The position numbers were made by a program, and so were the translations under genes. The notes under the pieces are model-generated. The model saw nothing but the letters and a program-made list of their open reading frames with translations, ran no database searches and was not told the origin of the DNA. From the NCBI GenBank assembly GCA_964016885.1, contig OZ024744.1, forward strand, positions 111,414,001 through 111,478,000: a stretch of 64,000 bases of DNA, read 5' to 3'. This stretch comes from Eledone cirrhosa. Its lineage: Eukaryota. The stretch's first letter is position 1. Each line of letters starts with the position of its first letter. Of this stretch, positions 13,155 through 27,805 are shown piece by piece.

Positions 13155-13612
13155 CCTCTAATAATTTTTGAGGCAAGCCAGCACACTCGCAGCGTTACCT
13201 GGGGTGATGGCGAGGCTGAGGTGCTGGAACAACCAAGTGCCCCCACGAGCATCACCAGTTACCTCGGTTAGGCGAGCCTCCAATAAAGATAAGAACCTCT
13301 CTGTCAGTAGCCCGACTCCCCCAAACGTCTCGAACGCCAGAGGCTGGATAATGTAGTTGGCTGACAGCACACGGTATTTTAGGATTTTGTTCCGTTCAGC
13401 TGCGGATGCTGTAGCTCTCGCCCTTTACCTCTGCATCCAGGATGTGGGAAGAAGCAAAAGAGTCACGAACTGTGATGTCCCAGGTAAGGGACCCGCCTCT
13501 TGACCAGGAGCACAGAGTAAGACCGTCAAGTCTTTTCCAATCAATTCTGAACAACCCAGACGGTTCCAAAATTGAGGGGATGTTTGCCCGGGCCAAAGCT
13601 CTTAAATGGTAA
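13155..13612 (-). mobile_element. CRE-like non-LTR retrotransposon, 3' fragment (restriction-like endonuclease)
   Basis: EPSGL..KRLDGLTL.SWSRG..LTWDITVRD; PLAFETFGG..TGDAR..LFQHLSLAI..GNAASV, the typical CRE-clade C-terminus. Confidence 0.8.
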
Positions 13613-13713
13613 TATGACAGTGTGTGTATGTGCGCACGCATGAGTTTGTTGGCGTTCTTAAATTAGGGACGTTTGTGTGTGTCTCTGTGTGTATGATATA
13701 TATATATATATAC

Positions 13714-16195
<2,482 letters not shown>

Positions 16196-16206
16196 CTTGT
16201 TATCCC

Positions 16207-16259
<53 letters not shown>

Positions 16260-16349
16260 ACCGTTTTACTGTTAGCGACATATGTATGTGTGTATTCCCT
16301 TCCTTCCTTTTACACACACATACATTCACACAAACACACACACACGCGC

Positions 16350-16990
16350 ATTGTGTGACGGACCAGTGGACAAAAACCCTCAAATTTATATACAAGTGAA
16401 TGGAGTTCCACTGAAGCAGGTCGAGAAGTTCAAGTATCTCGGGGCCGTGTTCATGAGTGATGGTAGGCGGGAGGCTGAATTAAGTACAAGAATTGCAAAA
16501 GTTGGTGCAGTAATGCACCAGCTTCAGCATTCAGTAATCAGAAGAAGGGGGGTAGGTGTAAAAGCCAAACACGCTGTCTTCAATTCAGTTTTTGTGCCAA
16601 CCCTTATCTATGGTCATGAATCTTGGGTAATGACCAAAAGAATATAATTGCAAATAAAAGGGGTAGAAATGGGATTCCTCCGAAGGGTCTTGGAGTAACG
16701 TTACTCGATAAAGTGCATAGCTCAGAGACCAGAGAGTCACTCCTGGTAGAGCCGCTACTTCTCCGAATTGAGAGATCACAACTCCGATATTATGGGCATG
16801 TGGTTAGAATGTCTCAGTAAAGAATCGCTAGACAGATTTTACAGGCAAAACCAACCGGCAAGAAACCCTGAGCAAGATAGTTTGATAACGTCGTCACGCT
16901 TGGGGATCCAAACGGATCAGTTAGAGATCTTTGTTTCTGACAGACCCACTGGAGGGAGTGTTTGAGTACTTTGCCTCCACGATCCAGAAA
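16350..16990 (+). mobile_element. RTE-clade LINE 3' fragment
   Basis: LKQVEKFKYLG, PTLIYGHESW, EMGFLRR, RSQLRYYGHVVRM. Confidence 0.85.
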
Positions 16991-17074
16991 TAAGTGGGTA
17001 AAGAATGTTTTGTCAATTTACTTTTCAATTTACGTATCATATTTATATGCATATTCGGGTGGTTCTTCTGCTGG

Positions 17075-17262
17075 TAATAATAACTGTTTCTACTTTAGGC
17101 ACAAGGCCAGCAATTATCCAGTACATTACTGGTACTTTATTTTATCGACCCCGTAAGGATGAAAGGCAAAGTTAACCTCGGCGGGATTTGAACTCAGGTC
17201 GTAAAGGGACGTAACTACGCTGGAAAGCATGTCTGACTCTTTACCGATACTGCCAATTCGCC
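17075..17262 (-). mobile_element. tRNA-derived SINE
   Basis: Same family as 11358-11927. Confidence 0.9.
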
Positions 17263-17345
17263 GTAATAATAATGAGCGAAATATCGCACAAATATGTGTG
17301 TATTTGTATTTGCATGTAGACGCACATATACTTATATGTGAATGT

Positions 17346-17385
<40 letters not shown>

Positions 17386-17419
17386 AGATTTGAATGGATA
17401 CACTTTAGTTGAAAGGAAT

Positions 17420-17540
17420 TTATTGACACGTGTTTCTATAACAGTTACATAACCTGAAAACAGCTGCTATCTACAAAGTATTAGTTATGCAGACATTCAA
17501 TATTTCAATGTTATTATTTACTGTCATTTCATCAGAATAA
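17420..17540 (-). ncRNA. Hammerhead ribozyme (inverted pLTR copy)
   Basis: Reverse complement of 17594-17714. Confidence 0.8.
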
Positions 17541-17593
17541 TATTACCTCCCTCCTAATATTCTCTATAAAAACCAAACAGGTCCTCAGTAATA

Positions 17594-17714
17594 TTATTCT
17601 GATGAAATGACAGTAAATAATAACATTGAAATATTGAATGTCTGCATAACTAATACTTTGTAGATAGCAGCTGTTTTCAGGTTATGTAACTGTTATAGAA
17701 ACACGTGTCAATAA
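17594..17714 (+). ncRNA. Type I hammerhead ribozyme, 92-nt stem II
   Basis: TTATT-CTGATGA-AATGACAGT...ACTGTTATA-GAAA-CACGTG-TC-AATAA. GUC triplet, palindromic stem III. Confidence 0.82.
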
Positions 17715-17918
17715 ATTCCTTTCAACTAAACTGTATCCATTCAAATCTTTCTATTTTTCTCCGGATTACTTTTGGAACTACAACTGGAACCGTCGAGCAA
17801 ACTCTACGTGAGCTGTCAATCTACTGTGTGTAATATTTATATTACAACACAACGGAAAATACTGTATATTTACCTCCTGTAAAGTTGAGCAACCCACACA
17901 GCAAACACAACCACAACA

Positions 17919-20241
17919 ATGGAAAAACACTACCTGGATATGTCACTCAAAAACATACCAACCCAAGGTAAAAAGGAATACTTATTGAGTATGATTCAAA
18001 AAACTAATGAATTCATTCGACGTGTCAGGTGGAAAACGCTCCACTATGATAGAAGCCGTATGAACTCACCATTAGAAAGTGGTGCAAACAACAAATTCGG
18101 TTTTAGAACGTGTAAAAACTCACCCACCAACCCACTATTAGATGCATTTTAGCAGGACCTTATGAACTCAATCCTTAAAATTAAATTCAAAGGACGTAAC
18201 ACCAACAACAAATTACAGAAAGATATTAAAAAACTACTGGACGACCTTAAAAACACCAAAGGAATTGTAGTAAAAGCGGACAAAACATCAAACCTGTATA
18301 CTATGGATTGCACTACATACAACAACTTCATTCGAAAAGAATTACATAAAAAATATAGAAAAACGAATGAAGTAACTCTTAAGCACATCAATGATGAGGC
18401 ATGCGAAATAGTGAAAAATCTCGGAATCGAAGATAGGACAGGACCACTCTTACCGGCGGTACCCACCTTCAATCTTAAGGACCATAAGGTAAACTTTGAT
18501 AATGACCCTAAAATTAGATTAATCTGCCCCTCTAAATCAGATATAGGTAAAATAAGCAAATATATCTTAGATAGAATCATCCCCCAAATTAAGGCTAAGG
18601 TTAACATTAAACTCTGGGGGAAGACCCAAGAAGCAATAAGATGGTTTAATAGCATTAGCAATAAGAATAAATCTAAGTTTATCCAGTTTGATATCGATGA
18701 ATATTACTCATCGATATCACCTGAAACTTTGAATAGAGCCATTAAGTTTGCTAAGGATAACTCTGACCTTACAAACGATGAAATTAAGATTATATTAGAA
18801 GCTAGGAAAACTATAGTCAAATTTGAGAACAGTTATTGGGTACGTAAAGATAGACCCTCTAACTTTGACATAACAATGGGCTCTAACGATTCGGCGGAAA
18901 TAACTGATATTGTGGGGTTATTTATCGCCTTTAGACTCTAGGAAAAATTCAGCAATCTCCACGGCGGAATATACCGCGACGATATTCTCCTCCTAGTTAA
19001 AAACCTAAATAACCAAAAACTAGAAAAACTACGCAAAGATATAAGAAAACTACTACTCGAAATAGGACTAACTATAACATATGAATACAACCTTAAAGTA
19101 GTTAACTTCCTGGATGTCACACTCAATTTAAACTCTGGTCTGATTAAACCGTTTCATAAATTGAATGAAAATCTCAAATACGTAAATGTTGGGTCTAACC
19201 ACCCCATCTCTATAATTAAATCTATCCCTAAAAATATTTCCCTTAGAATCTCGGGTCTATCTTCTAACATACAAGTATTTAAGGATCACGCCGAGTACTA
19301 CGATAACGCTCTTAGTAAAGCAGGCTACCTCAACAAAATAGAGTATATAGATGGGAACAATCAAAACAGCCAAAATAAATCCCACATAGGTAGATATAAT
19401 AACACAACACCAAACCACACTTACTACCATAGTATGCACACCAGTAAACCAACAAACAAAACTAATAGAAAGCGATGCAAAGAGTACTTATGGTATAACC
19501 CCGAATACAATAGTTCCATTAGTACAAATTTACCAGTACTCTTCTTTAAAATAATTAAGAGACATTTTCCTACATCACACAAATACCACAAAATCCTAAA
19601 CCCTACCACTATAAGACTGTCTTACTCTACAGCGTTAAACCTTGAACAACACATAAAAAAGATAAATACTACAAGGTTAAACGAAAACAGTAAAAACTTA
19701 AGTACAAAGAACACAAAAAAAAACAGTAGACAATACACTACAGAACATAAATAAACCACACCTAAGTTCGTCCGCAATACTACTCCAGAGAAAACCCAAC
19801 GTACACAACTGTAACTGCACCTATCCTGACAACTGCCTCCTCGGCAATAACTGCCTGGAAAAAAATATTATTTATAAGTGTACCATTAAATCCGGAGGCA
19901 ACGAGTGGTATTACGTGGGATCAACGGCAACATCGTTTAAATCTCGATTATATAGGCATTCTTACTCAATAAAACACCAGAGCCAAAGAAATGTAACAAC
20001 TTTAGCAGAAAAAGCTTGGTCGCTCAGGGATAGCGATCAAAAGTTTACCCTAAAATGGGAGAAATTAGCTAAAACTCAAAGCTTTTCCAGGAGCCAAAAT
20101 TTCTGCAAATTGTGTAATCTTGAGATTTATTACATAATCACACACAAGAAGAAATTGCTGAATAACAGAATTGAACGAACATTATTCTGCGGTCACCGAA
20201 CTAAAACCCTTTTTTCCCACTACAAGCCGAATATTACATAA
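17919..20241 (+). pseudogene. PLE polyprotein (RT + CCHH zinc finger/GIY-YIG), two TAG stops and one frameshift
   Basis: SLKNIP..FIRRVRWK, KADKT, QFDIDEYYSSI, FDITMGS, GGIYRDD, VNFLDVTLNL, SNHP, WYNP, CNC..C..C, IIY..YVGST..FKSR..H, CKLCNLE. TAG at 18150 and 18939; frameshift near 19720-19750. Confidence 0.92.
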
Positions 20242-20517
20242 AAGAGGGATATCCCCCCAACTATATAAACCTCAATCTAGTTAGAAAAATATAAAAACAA
20301 TCTCTTCTCAACATATAGATGTATATTAATAACCTCAAATTACCACACTAATAATGGAAAGATATGCTGATGAGAATAGATGCAAAAATGCGATAATGAA
20401 TGTGTCTAAAAGCGACCATAAGTATGTATATATATATGAAAATGTATATAAATAAGTAAATATATATATATGTTTGATGTGTATAGTTAGATGTAAGTGT
20501 ATTCATGTATTAAAGTG

Positions 20518-20610
<93 letters not shown>

Positions 20611-21144
20611 GTATATATATACACATAGACTAGAGTATGTATGTATATGTGTGTGTGTCTATACGTGTGTATATAAAGATAAGTTGAGTATAAAAATGTA
20701 TACACATGAACGCGTATGTATGTACATGAATACATGTGTGTATATATATATGTATGCATGTGTATATGTATGTAAGTATGAACATGTTACTATGTGAATG
20801 TGAGTATATGTATTTTGTAGAGGTGTGCAAATATGTTTGTGTGTGAATGCGTGGGTGAAAGGATACGTACACTTGAAAGAAAAATTTAAGTCTGAATGTT
20901 AATTAAGCGCAAACACAAAACCAACCACGCATATCTTTACTATCTCTAATCCTTCTATAGATTTAGAAAAATAACCAATAATATATTCTATAAAAATGTC
21001 AAAACAACAGATGGGAATCTAATTACTCACTGCCACCAAAAATTCTCACTGCTATCAAAAAACCACTCCCTCAACTATTCTTCTAACAACTTCACCCCTC
21101 CCTCCTAATATTCTCTATAAAAACCAAACAGGTCCTCAGTAATA

Positions 21145-21265
21145 TTATTCTGATGAAATGACAGTAAATAATAACATTGAAATATTGAATGTCTGCATAA
21201 CTAATACTTTGTAGATAGCAGCTGTTTTCAGGTTATGTAACTGTTATAGAAACACGTGTCAATAA
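21145..21265 (+). ncRNA. Hammerhead ribozyme (3' pLTR copy)
   Basis: Same sequence as 17594-17714. Confidence 0.82.
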
Positions 21266-21412
21266 ATTCCTTTCAACTAAACTGTATCCATTCAAATCTT
21301 TCTATTTTTCTCCGGATTACTTTTGGAACTAAAACTGGAACCGTCGAGCAAACTCTACGTGAGCTGTCAATCTACTGTGTGTAATATTTATATTACAACA
21401 CAACGGAAAATA

Positions 21413-21484
<72 letters not shown>

Positions 21485-21661
21485 GTATATATATATATGT
21501 ATATATATATATATACACATATATATATCCACACAAATAAATACAAACATGTGTATACACACATCTGCTTATACACGCACGTATACACAGACATACATAT
21601 GCTCACACACACACACGCACGCTTATACATTAAGTGTGCACATATCACATTCAATAATAAT

Positions 21662-21726
21662 TTTTTTCTGATGAATGAAGACAGACATAAGTGTCAAGCT
21701 CTTCAAGAAACCATTGGTAAATGAAT
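21662..21726 (+). ncRNA. Probable hammerhead ribozyme with degraded stem I
   Basis: CTGATGA-A-TGAAGA..GACA/TGTC..TCTTCA-A-GAAA-CCATTGG-TA. Confidence 0.55.
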
Positions 21727-22177
21727 TAATTATCTTATGTTGTTTATTACATAACTAGTCTACATAGAGACTATGTAGTCTACATAGAGCACTCTTTTAA
21801 CCGTTGCCTTTCCTACGGAAATACTTCATATATACATATATAATCTAAAACGATGCATCTGTGATGCATCTGAACTCGATTTATTGTGTGTTACAATTGT
21901 TTCGCCGGCGGACAGCTCGAGACGCGATCATTTTGTGGATCTGGCTGATTCTGGACCCGCAGGTTCGACGGACACGTCTAATGATTTCGGAGCATTGTAA
22001 CACACAATAAATTGAGTTCAGATGCATCACTGATTTTTCCTTTTCTATTCTATCATACTCTGCTCTGTAAGAGCATAGAGTGCTCAACCGGCATACCGCC
22101 TATGGAAGCATCTTAACTACCATCACACACACACACACAGACATACACACACACACACAAACAAACACAAACACACA

Positions 22178-22303
<126 letters not shown>

Positions 22304-22344
22304 AAGATAATAATAAATGGAAACTATATTTATAAAACCATATT

Positions 22345-22409
22345 TATTTTATTATATATATTTCAAGGGCGACCAAGCAAATCTTGGTGCGCTTTCATCA
22401 GATAAAATA
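22345..22409 (-). ncRNA. Minimal hammerhead ribozyme in a solo pLTR-like repeat
   Basis: TATTTTAT-CTGATGA-AAGCGCACCAAG..CTTGGTCGCCCTT-GAAA-TATATA-TA-ATAAAATA. Confidence 0.78.
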
Positions 22410-22558
22410 CAAAATTTGTTTTATAAATAACGACATACGCATGGAAATCACACCTTAACGGTCCAAAATTCGCTGGATATATATATTTATATATATATAT
22501 AAATGGAGAAAATGAACATTTCTCACTCTTAGGACGGTTGATACATACTTATATATAT

Positions 22559-22707
<149 letters not shown>

Positions 22708-22711
22708 TACA

Positions 22712-22752
<41 letters not shown>

Positions 22753-22960
22753 ACTGCGGACTTTCTTCACACAATCCTGGAACTTGACACGGCACTGCAC
22801 AGGCCCTATAACAAACCAAACGAGGGCCTCAGGTATGTTCACCAATCGAACCATCCCAAATCGATCCTTAGGTCCATAGTCAAAGGTGTATCTGGTAGAA
22901 TTTCCGCTCTCATCTGCCAACGCCCATATCTTCGAGCAGCATACTGTATGATACAATGCT

Positions 22961-23254
22961 GCACTGGCCAGACCGCGGCACTGGCCAGACCGCGGCACTG
23001 GCCAGACCGCGGCACTGGCCAGAGCGCGGCACTGGCCAGACCGCGGCCCTGGCCAGAGCGCGGCACTGGCCAGAGCGCGGCACTGGCCAGACCGCGGCAC
23101 TGGCCAGACCGCGGCACTGGCCAGAGCGCGGCACTGGCCAGAGCGCGGCACTGACCAGACCGCGGCACTGGCCAGAGCGCGGCACTGGCCAGGGCGCGGC
23201 ACTGGCCAGGGCGCGGCACTGGCCAGAGCGCGGCACTGGCTAGAGCGCGGCACT
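22961..23254. repeat. 17-bp GC/CpG-rich minisatellite (GCACTGGCCAGA[C/G]CGCG), about 17 copies
   Basis: Directly visible. Confidence 0.95.
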
Positions 23255-23299
23255 CTGATATCTTAATAACGACGGCGAGCGTGAGTGCAACCCCGGGTT

Positions 23300-24490
23300 T
23301 GGCTTTCCTTTAGCGGCCCCATTTAGCTGCATTACCACTACCGGGGCGAGCACCAGATTCTTGCATCATGGCTCTTTGACTGCCTCCCCACTTTCTCACC
23401 GATCTATCTATCCACCCTGGCCGCACCCCTAACCCCGTTCGCGTAATGGGAGCGTCGCAGCACCGGCGTGCTGATGACTATGGCTCTTCATCCCACACAC
23501 GCCCGTCACAGCCCGGACACTTCCGGTGGTGCTACAGATGGGAAATTTAACGGACTTTCCGAGGATGGGGCCTCTTGATGGGGGATCTCAACCACTATGT
23601 CCCGGCCCTGATGCTATGCACAGCGGCTCTAATCATCCCCCCGTGTGATCTTGTACCCGCACTCTCGGACTCATCCCATCGCGCTGTGCCACTTTCGCAT
23701 GGCCACATTTCTCGCGATGGGGATGAGTGTGAACGAACGCTCACTACGGACCCGAACCCCCCAGCCGGCCCCACAGCTCACCGGCGTGCAAACGGTCCAC
23801 CACCTGCACCCCTCCGTTCCAACTCCACGGTACTCGCCTGCACCATGAGCATATCCGCGCATACCAGCCTGGGTCCTGGAATCAACAGAATCGTTGCGGG
23901 TCTCGCAGCAGAATTGTAACATGGTATAATGTCCCCTACTCCAGGAGTCTTAGAACAAACGTACCGGGCCTCTTCTTCCGGGCCCTGGACGATTCTTTTC
24001 CACCCTCGCATAGATACCATAGACTATATAACCGGCACACAGTGAAGTTCTCCTTCTCCACCATGCCCAACCTTGCAGAGATCATTGCCTCCATCAACTG
24101 TAAAAAGCTATAGGAGTACCTCAATATTGACCGTACTAGGAGAGTTGTCGAGGACTCAGAACTCCCCAGGAGAGATATCGCCACTGTTCCATCCATCGTA
24201 AATAATCCGAACCCCCAATGCAATATCTCCTCTTTTGAATGGAACACCGCACCCTACGGCGCCCCTGGAAGATCTCTGACAAACTGCAACTGCAGATCAC
24301 CCCATGACTGCCCCTCAACAACCGTTGCAGAGTCTTGCAGTGGTCTACAGCTGTACGGTTTCCGTGGAAAGGGAGGACTTTGTGTATGTGAGTTCCACCA
24401 GTACCGAGTTCAAATCTGGCTTCCACCACCACATGTGTTCCTTTAGACGCAAAAGTAAGAGGTCCCACACTAGTTTAGCCGAGTGCGAGT
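23300..24490 (+). mobile_element. Decayed GC-rich Penelope-like element (Naiad-type)
   Basis: TWYN.PYSRSLRTNVPGLFF..DSFPPSHRYHRLYNRHTVKFSFSTMPNL, NCNCRSPHDCP, VVYSCTV..YVSSTSTEFKS..HH..SF. The 5' boundary is uncertain. Confidence 0.8.
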
Positions 24491-24638
24491 GAAACACACA
24501 CAAAGTTTCACCCACGAACAGACACACATACACTTACACAAACATACATTACACTTACACAAACATACATTCATACAAACACACACAGGTCCGCCTCCCA
24601 GCCTTTGTTATATCATTCGTCACAGAAATGTATGTATA

Positions 24639-24710
<72 letters not shown>

Positions 24711-25271
24711 CATATACTTGTCAGTCATCACGAGTGTAGATGTGTGTGTGTGTGTGTTTAATTCTCTGTATATCTGATTAAATATTTACGCGAAGATGTG
24801 TGTGTATGTAAATTACTAAACCCTAACGTACGTATCAAACGCGCAAACACATACATATTCACAGGCACATACACACTCATATACAAAATGTGACGTCGTC
24901 GTCGCTATCACCGCCGTAGTATAGTTGACTATAGAAAGGTTATTTTAGATAAAATGTTATATTGTTTTAATCCGAATGAAAATAAAAATTACATGTTGTT
25001 AATCCTGGGGTCTATACCTTGGAAAATTTGATTTGGTCGAGCTATTTGAGAATGCATAAGGAAACAGACAAAGAGAGACAAAGAATTATATATATATATT
25101 TTTTTTTTCTTTGCTTCTTGCACTTTTCCTCTACTATAATTTTCTTACTTCCATCTTCTTCTTCTCACCTGTCTATTTTCTCTCCAACCCTAGCACCTTC
25201 AACATGCCCAATCGCATTTTTTTCCAATTCGACACCACCCGTCCCTTCAATCTTTCTAATTTCGCATTCTT

Positions 25272-25307
25272 TCTTCTGATGAAGGACTAGCGTCCGAAAC
25301 GTTAAGA
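25272..25307 (+). ncRNA. Minimal hammerhead ribozyme
   Basis: TCTT-CTGATGA-A-GGAC-TAGC-GTCC-GAAACGTT-AAGA. A mutated homologue (CTGTTGA) lies on the minus strand at about 32210-32250. Confidence 0.75.
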
Positions 25308-25376
25308 CCCTCTTCCTGCTATTTCAAGCGTTAACCTAATATATTCCTGTACGGATTGTGTTGTTAATTGTTTACC

Positions 25377-25459
<83 letters not shown>

Positions 25460-25966
25460 CATACATATGTGTGTGCGTGTGTGTGTATGTATACGAATCT
25501 AAAAAGTAAAGTTAATGTTTATTTTTACGCCTATACTCTATTTATCGTTATTTATCATTGGTGATGTTAAATGTGATTTGAAGAGGTGAGTGTAAAACGA
25601 AATGGCGGGCTGGGGGTGTATGTCAATGACAGATATGGTTTATATATTTTTATCTTCCTTGTTGAGAAGATGAAAAAACTTAATTTTAAATCTTTAATTT
25701 TTAATTTTCAATTCTTATTAATTCTTTTTAATTGTAATACTCAACATTTGATAAATGAATTTTACTAATACATGGAAACCAGTAATACTTTATATACTTT
25801 ATATACATTATAAAACTCTTTTTTAAAAGAATTGTTCCTCTCATTTTTCCAATAATGTCACTTTGACGAATCAAAGAAAGGAAAAAAAAAGAAAAAACAG
25901 ACCCTTAAATATATTTTCCGTGCTATTTCCAATTTCACCTTCTCCCCCCCCCCCATCTCTGTCTCT

Positions 25967-26012
<46 letters not shown>

Positions 26013-26059
26013 GACGTAAATAAGAAAGTTATGAAAATTGACTTACTTACTAAAATTTC

Positions 26060-26138
26060 ACTCCAACTAATTAGTTTCTGTAAGGGGATAAATATAGTTA
26101 CGTAATAACTATAGAGAAGCCTTACGTCATCAGGGAGT
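26060..26138 (-). ncRNA. Hammerhead ribozyme
   Basis: ACTCC-CTGATGA-CGTAAGG...CCTTACA-GAAA-CTAATTAG-TT-GGAGT. Confidence 0.8.
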
Positions 26139-26580
26139 CTATTCTCAGCTAAGTTTCCAGGCAATGCGGGGACACTGGGAACTTATATAAAAATAATTCA
26201 GTGGATGGAAAAAAGCGAGCGGGGCTAGATTCCAAGCCACTGAAAAATTCACTGCCTTCTTGGTCAAGTGGCAAATTCAAAAGAATCAATCACGTGACAC
26301 TGAGGTTAACCAGCTTGGAGTGGGGTGCTATTAAGACAGAGCCTAGCTACTACTATTAGTCACAGTAGTAATTTGTCAAATTTTGCTCAACAAATAATTT
26401 GGAGATAATTATAAAGAATTAATATATCTACCGACATATGTATACAGATGCATGCCTATGCTAGCAGATATATATGTTTTGTCTTAGTAACTTTGTGGTT
26501 CTATGCAGGGGAATGCAGAACAATTATATGAGAGATGTAAATAAGAAAGTTATGAAAATTGACTTACTTACTAAAATTTC

Positions 26581-26659
26581 ACTCCAACTAATTAGTTTCT
26601 GTAAGGGGATAAATATAGTTACGTAATAACTATAGAGAAGCCTTACGTCATCAGGGAGT
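26581..26659 (-). ncRNA. Hammerhead ribozyme
   Basis: Tandem copy of 26060-26138. Confidence 0.8.
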
Positions 26660-27143
26660 CTATTCTCAGCTAAGTTTCCAGGCAATGCGGGGACACTGGG
26701 AACTTATATAAAAATAATTCAGTGGATGGAAAAAAGCGAGCGGGGTTAGATTCCAAGCCATTGAAAAATTCACTGCCTTCTTGGTCAAAGTTACTAAGAC
26801 AAAACATATATATCTGCTAGCATGGGTATGCATCTGTATACATATGTCGGTAGATATATTAATTCTTTATAATTATCTCCAAATTATTTGTTGAGCAAAA
26901 TTTGCCAAATTACTACTGTGACTGATAGTAGTAGCTAGGCTCTGTCTTAATAGCACCCCCACTCCAAGCTGGTTAACCTCAGTCTCACGTGATTGATTCT
27001 TTTGAATTTGCCACTTGACCAAGAAGGCAGTGAATTTTTCAGTGGCTTGGAATCTAGCCCCGCTCGCTTTTTTCCATCCACTGAATTATTTTTATATAAG
27101 TTCCCAGTGTCCCTGCATTGCCTGGAAACTTAGCTGGGAATAG

Positions 27144-27222
27144 ACTCCCTGATGACGTAAGGCTTCTCTATAGTTATTACGTAACTATATTTATCCCCTT
27201 ACAGAAACTAATTAGTTGGAGT
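27144..27222 (+). ncRNA. Hammerhead ribozyme
   Basis: Inverted copy of 26060-26138. Confidence 0.8.
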
Positions 27223-27386
27223 GAAATTTTAGTAAGTAAGTCAATTTTCATAACTTTCTTATTTACGTCTTTCATATAATTGTTCTGCATTCCCCTGCAT
27301 AGAACCACAAATTTACTAAGACAAAACATATATATCGGCTAGCATAGGTATGCATCTGTATACATATGTCGGTAGATATATTAATT

Positions 27387-27421
<35 letters not shown>

Positions 27422-27424
<3 letters not shown>

Positions 27425-27750
27425 AAAGTATATATTGAGTTAGAAACTCAGAATAGTTCCTTACAATTAAAATAGCTCAAGGAAAAAACTTTCCGAGCCG
27501 TGTAATATAATTCACTAGAATAAAGAGAGATAAACACAGATATATACATGTATGCGTTCAAAAATCGCAAGGGATCTAAATCGCTAGGCTGTCTGGGTGT
27601 TTGATAGTTATCACGATTCGGTTTGTACTATTTCTTAATGTATTCTTTTAATTGAGTCTGACAAACGGTATGGTTCATAGTTAGTATCTTATTCATCCTA
27701 GCGATTTAGGTCCCTTATGATTTGAACACATGTATGTATATATTTATGTT

Positions 27751-27805
<55 letters not shown>

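Larger units (their letters stand above)
17381..21420 (+). mobile_element. Near full-length Penelope-like element (Naiad-type) with direct pseudo-LTRs (17546-17870, 21097-21420) and an inverted 5' pLTR piece (17381-17546)
   Basis: About 325-bp near-identical direct repeats flank the RT-GIY-YIG ORF. A 166-bp inverted copy lies upstream. (TA)n on both sides. Confidence 0.93.
26007..27390. mobile_element. Non-coding 521-bp hammerhead-bearing unit in a tandem plus inverted array (pLTR/retrozyme-like)
   Basis: Minus-strand copies 26007-26787 (period 521) and a plus-strand copy 26787-27390. (TA)n at both ends; no ORF. Confidence 0.85.

Noticed and set aside
17919-20241. Selenoprotein-type Naiad (in-frame TGA at conserved Cys)
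   Set aside because: The interruptions are TAG at Glu/Gln-like positions plus a frameshift. Zinc-finger Cys codons are TGT/TGC.
20360-20400. CTGATGA as a further hammerhead
   Set aside because: No stem II, GAAA or stem I partner found.
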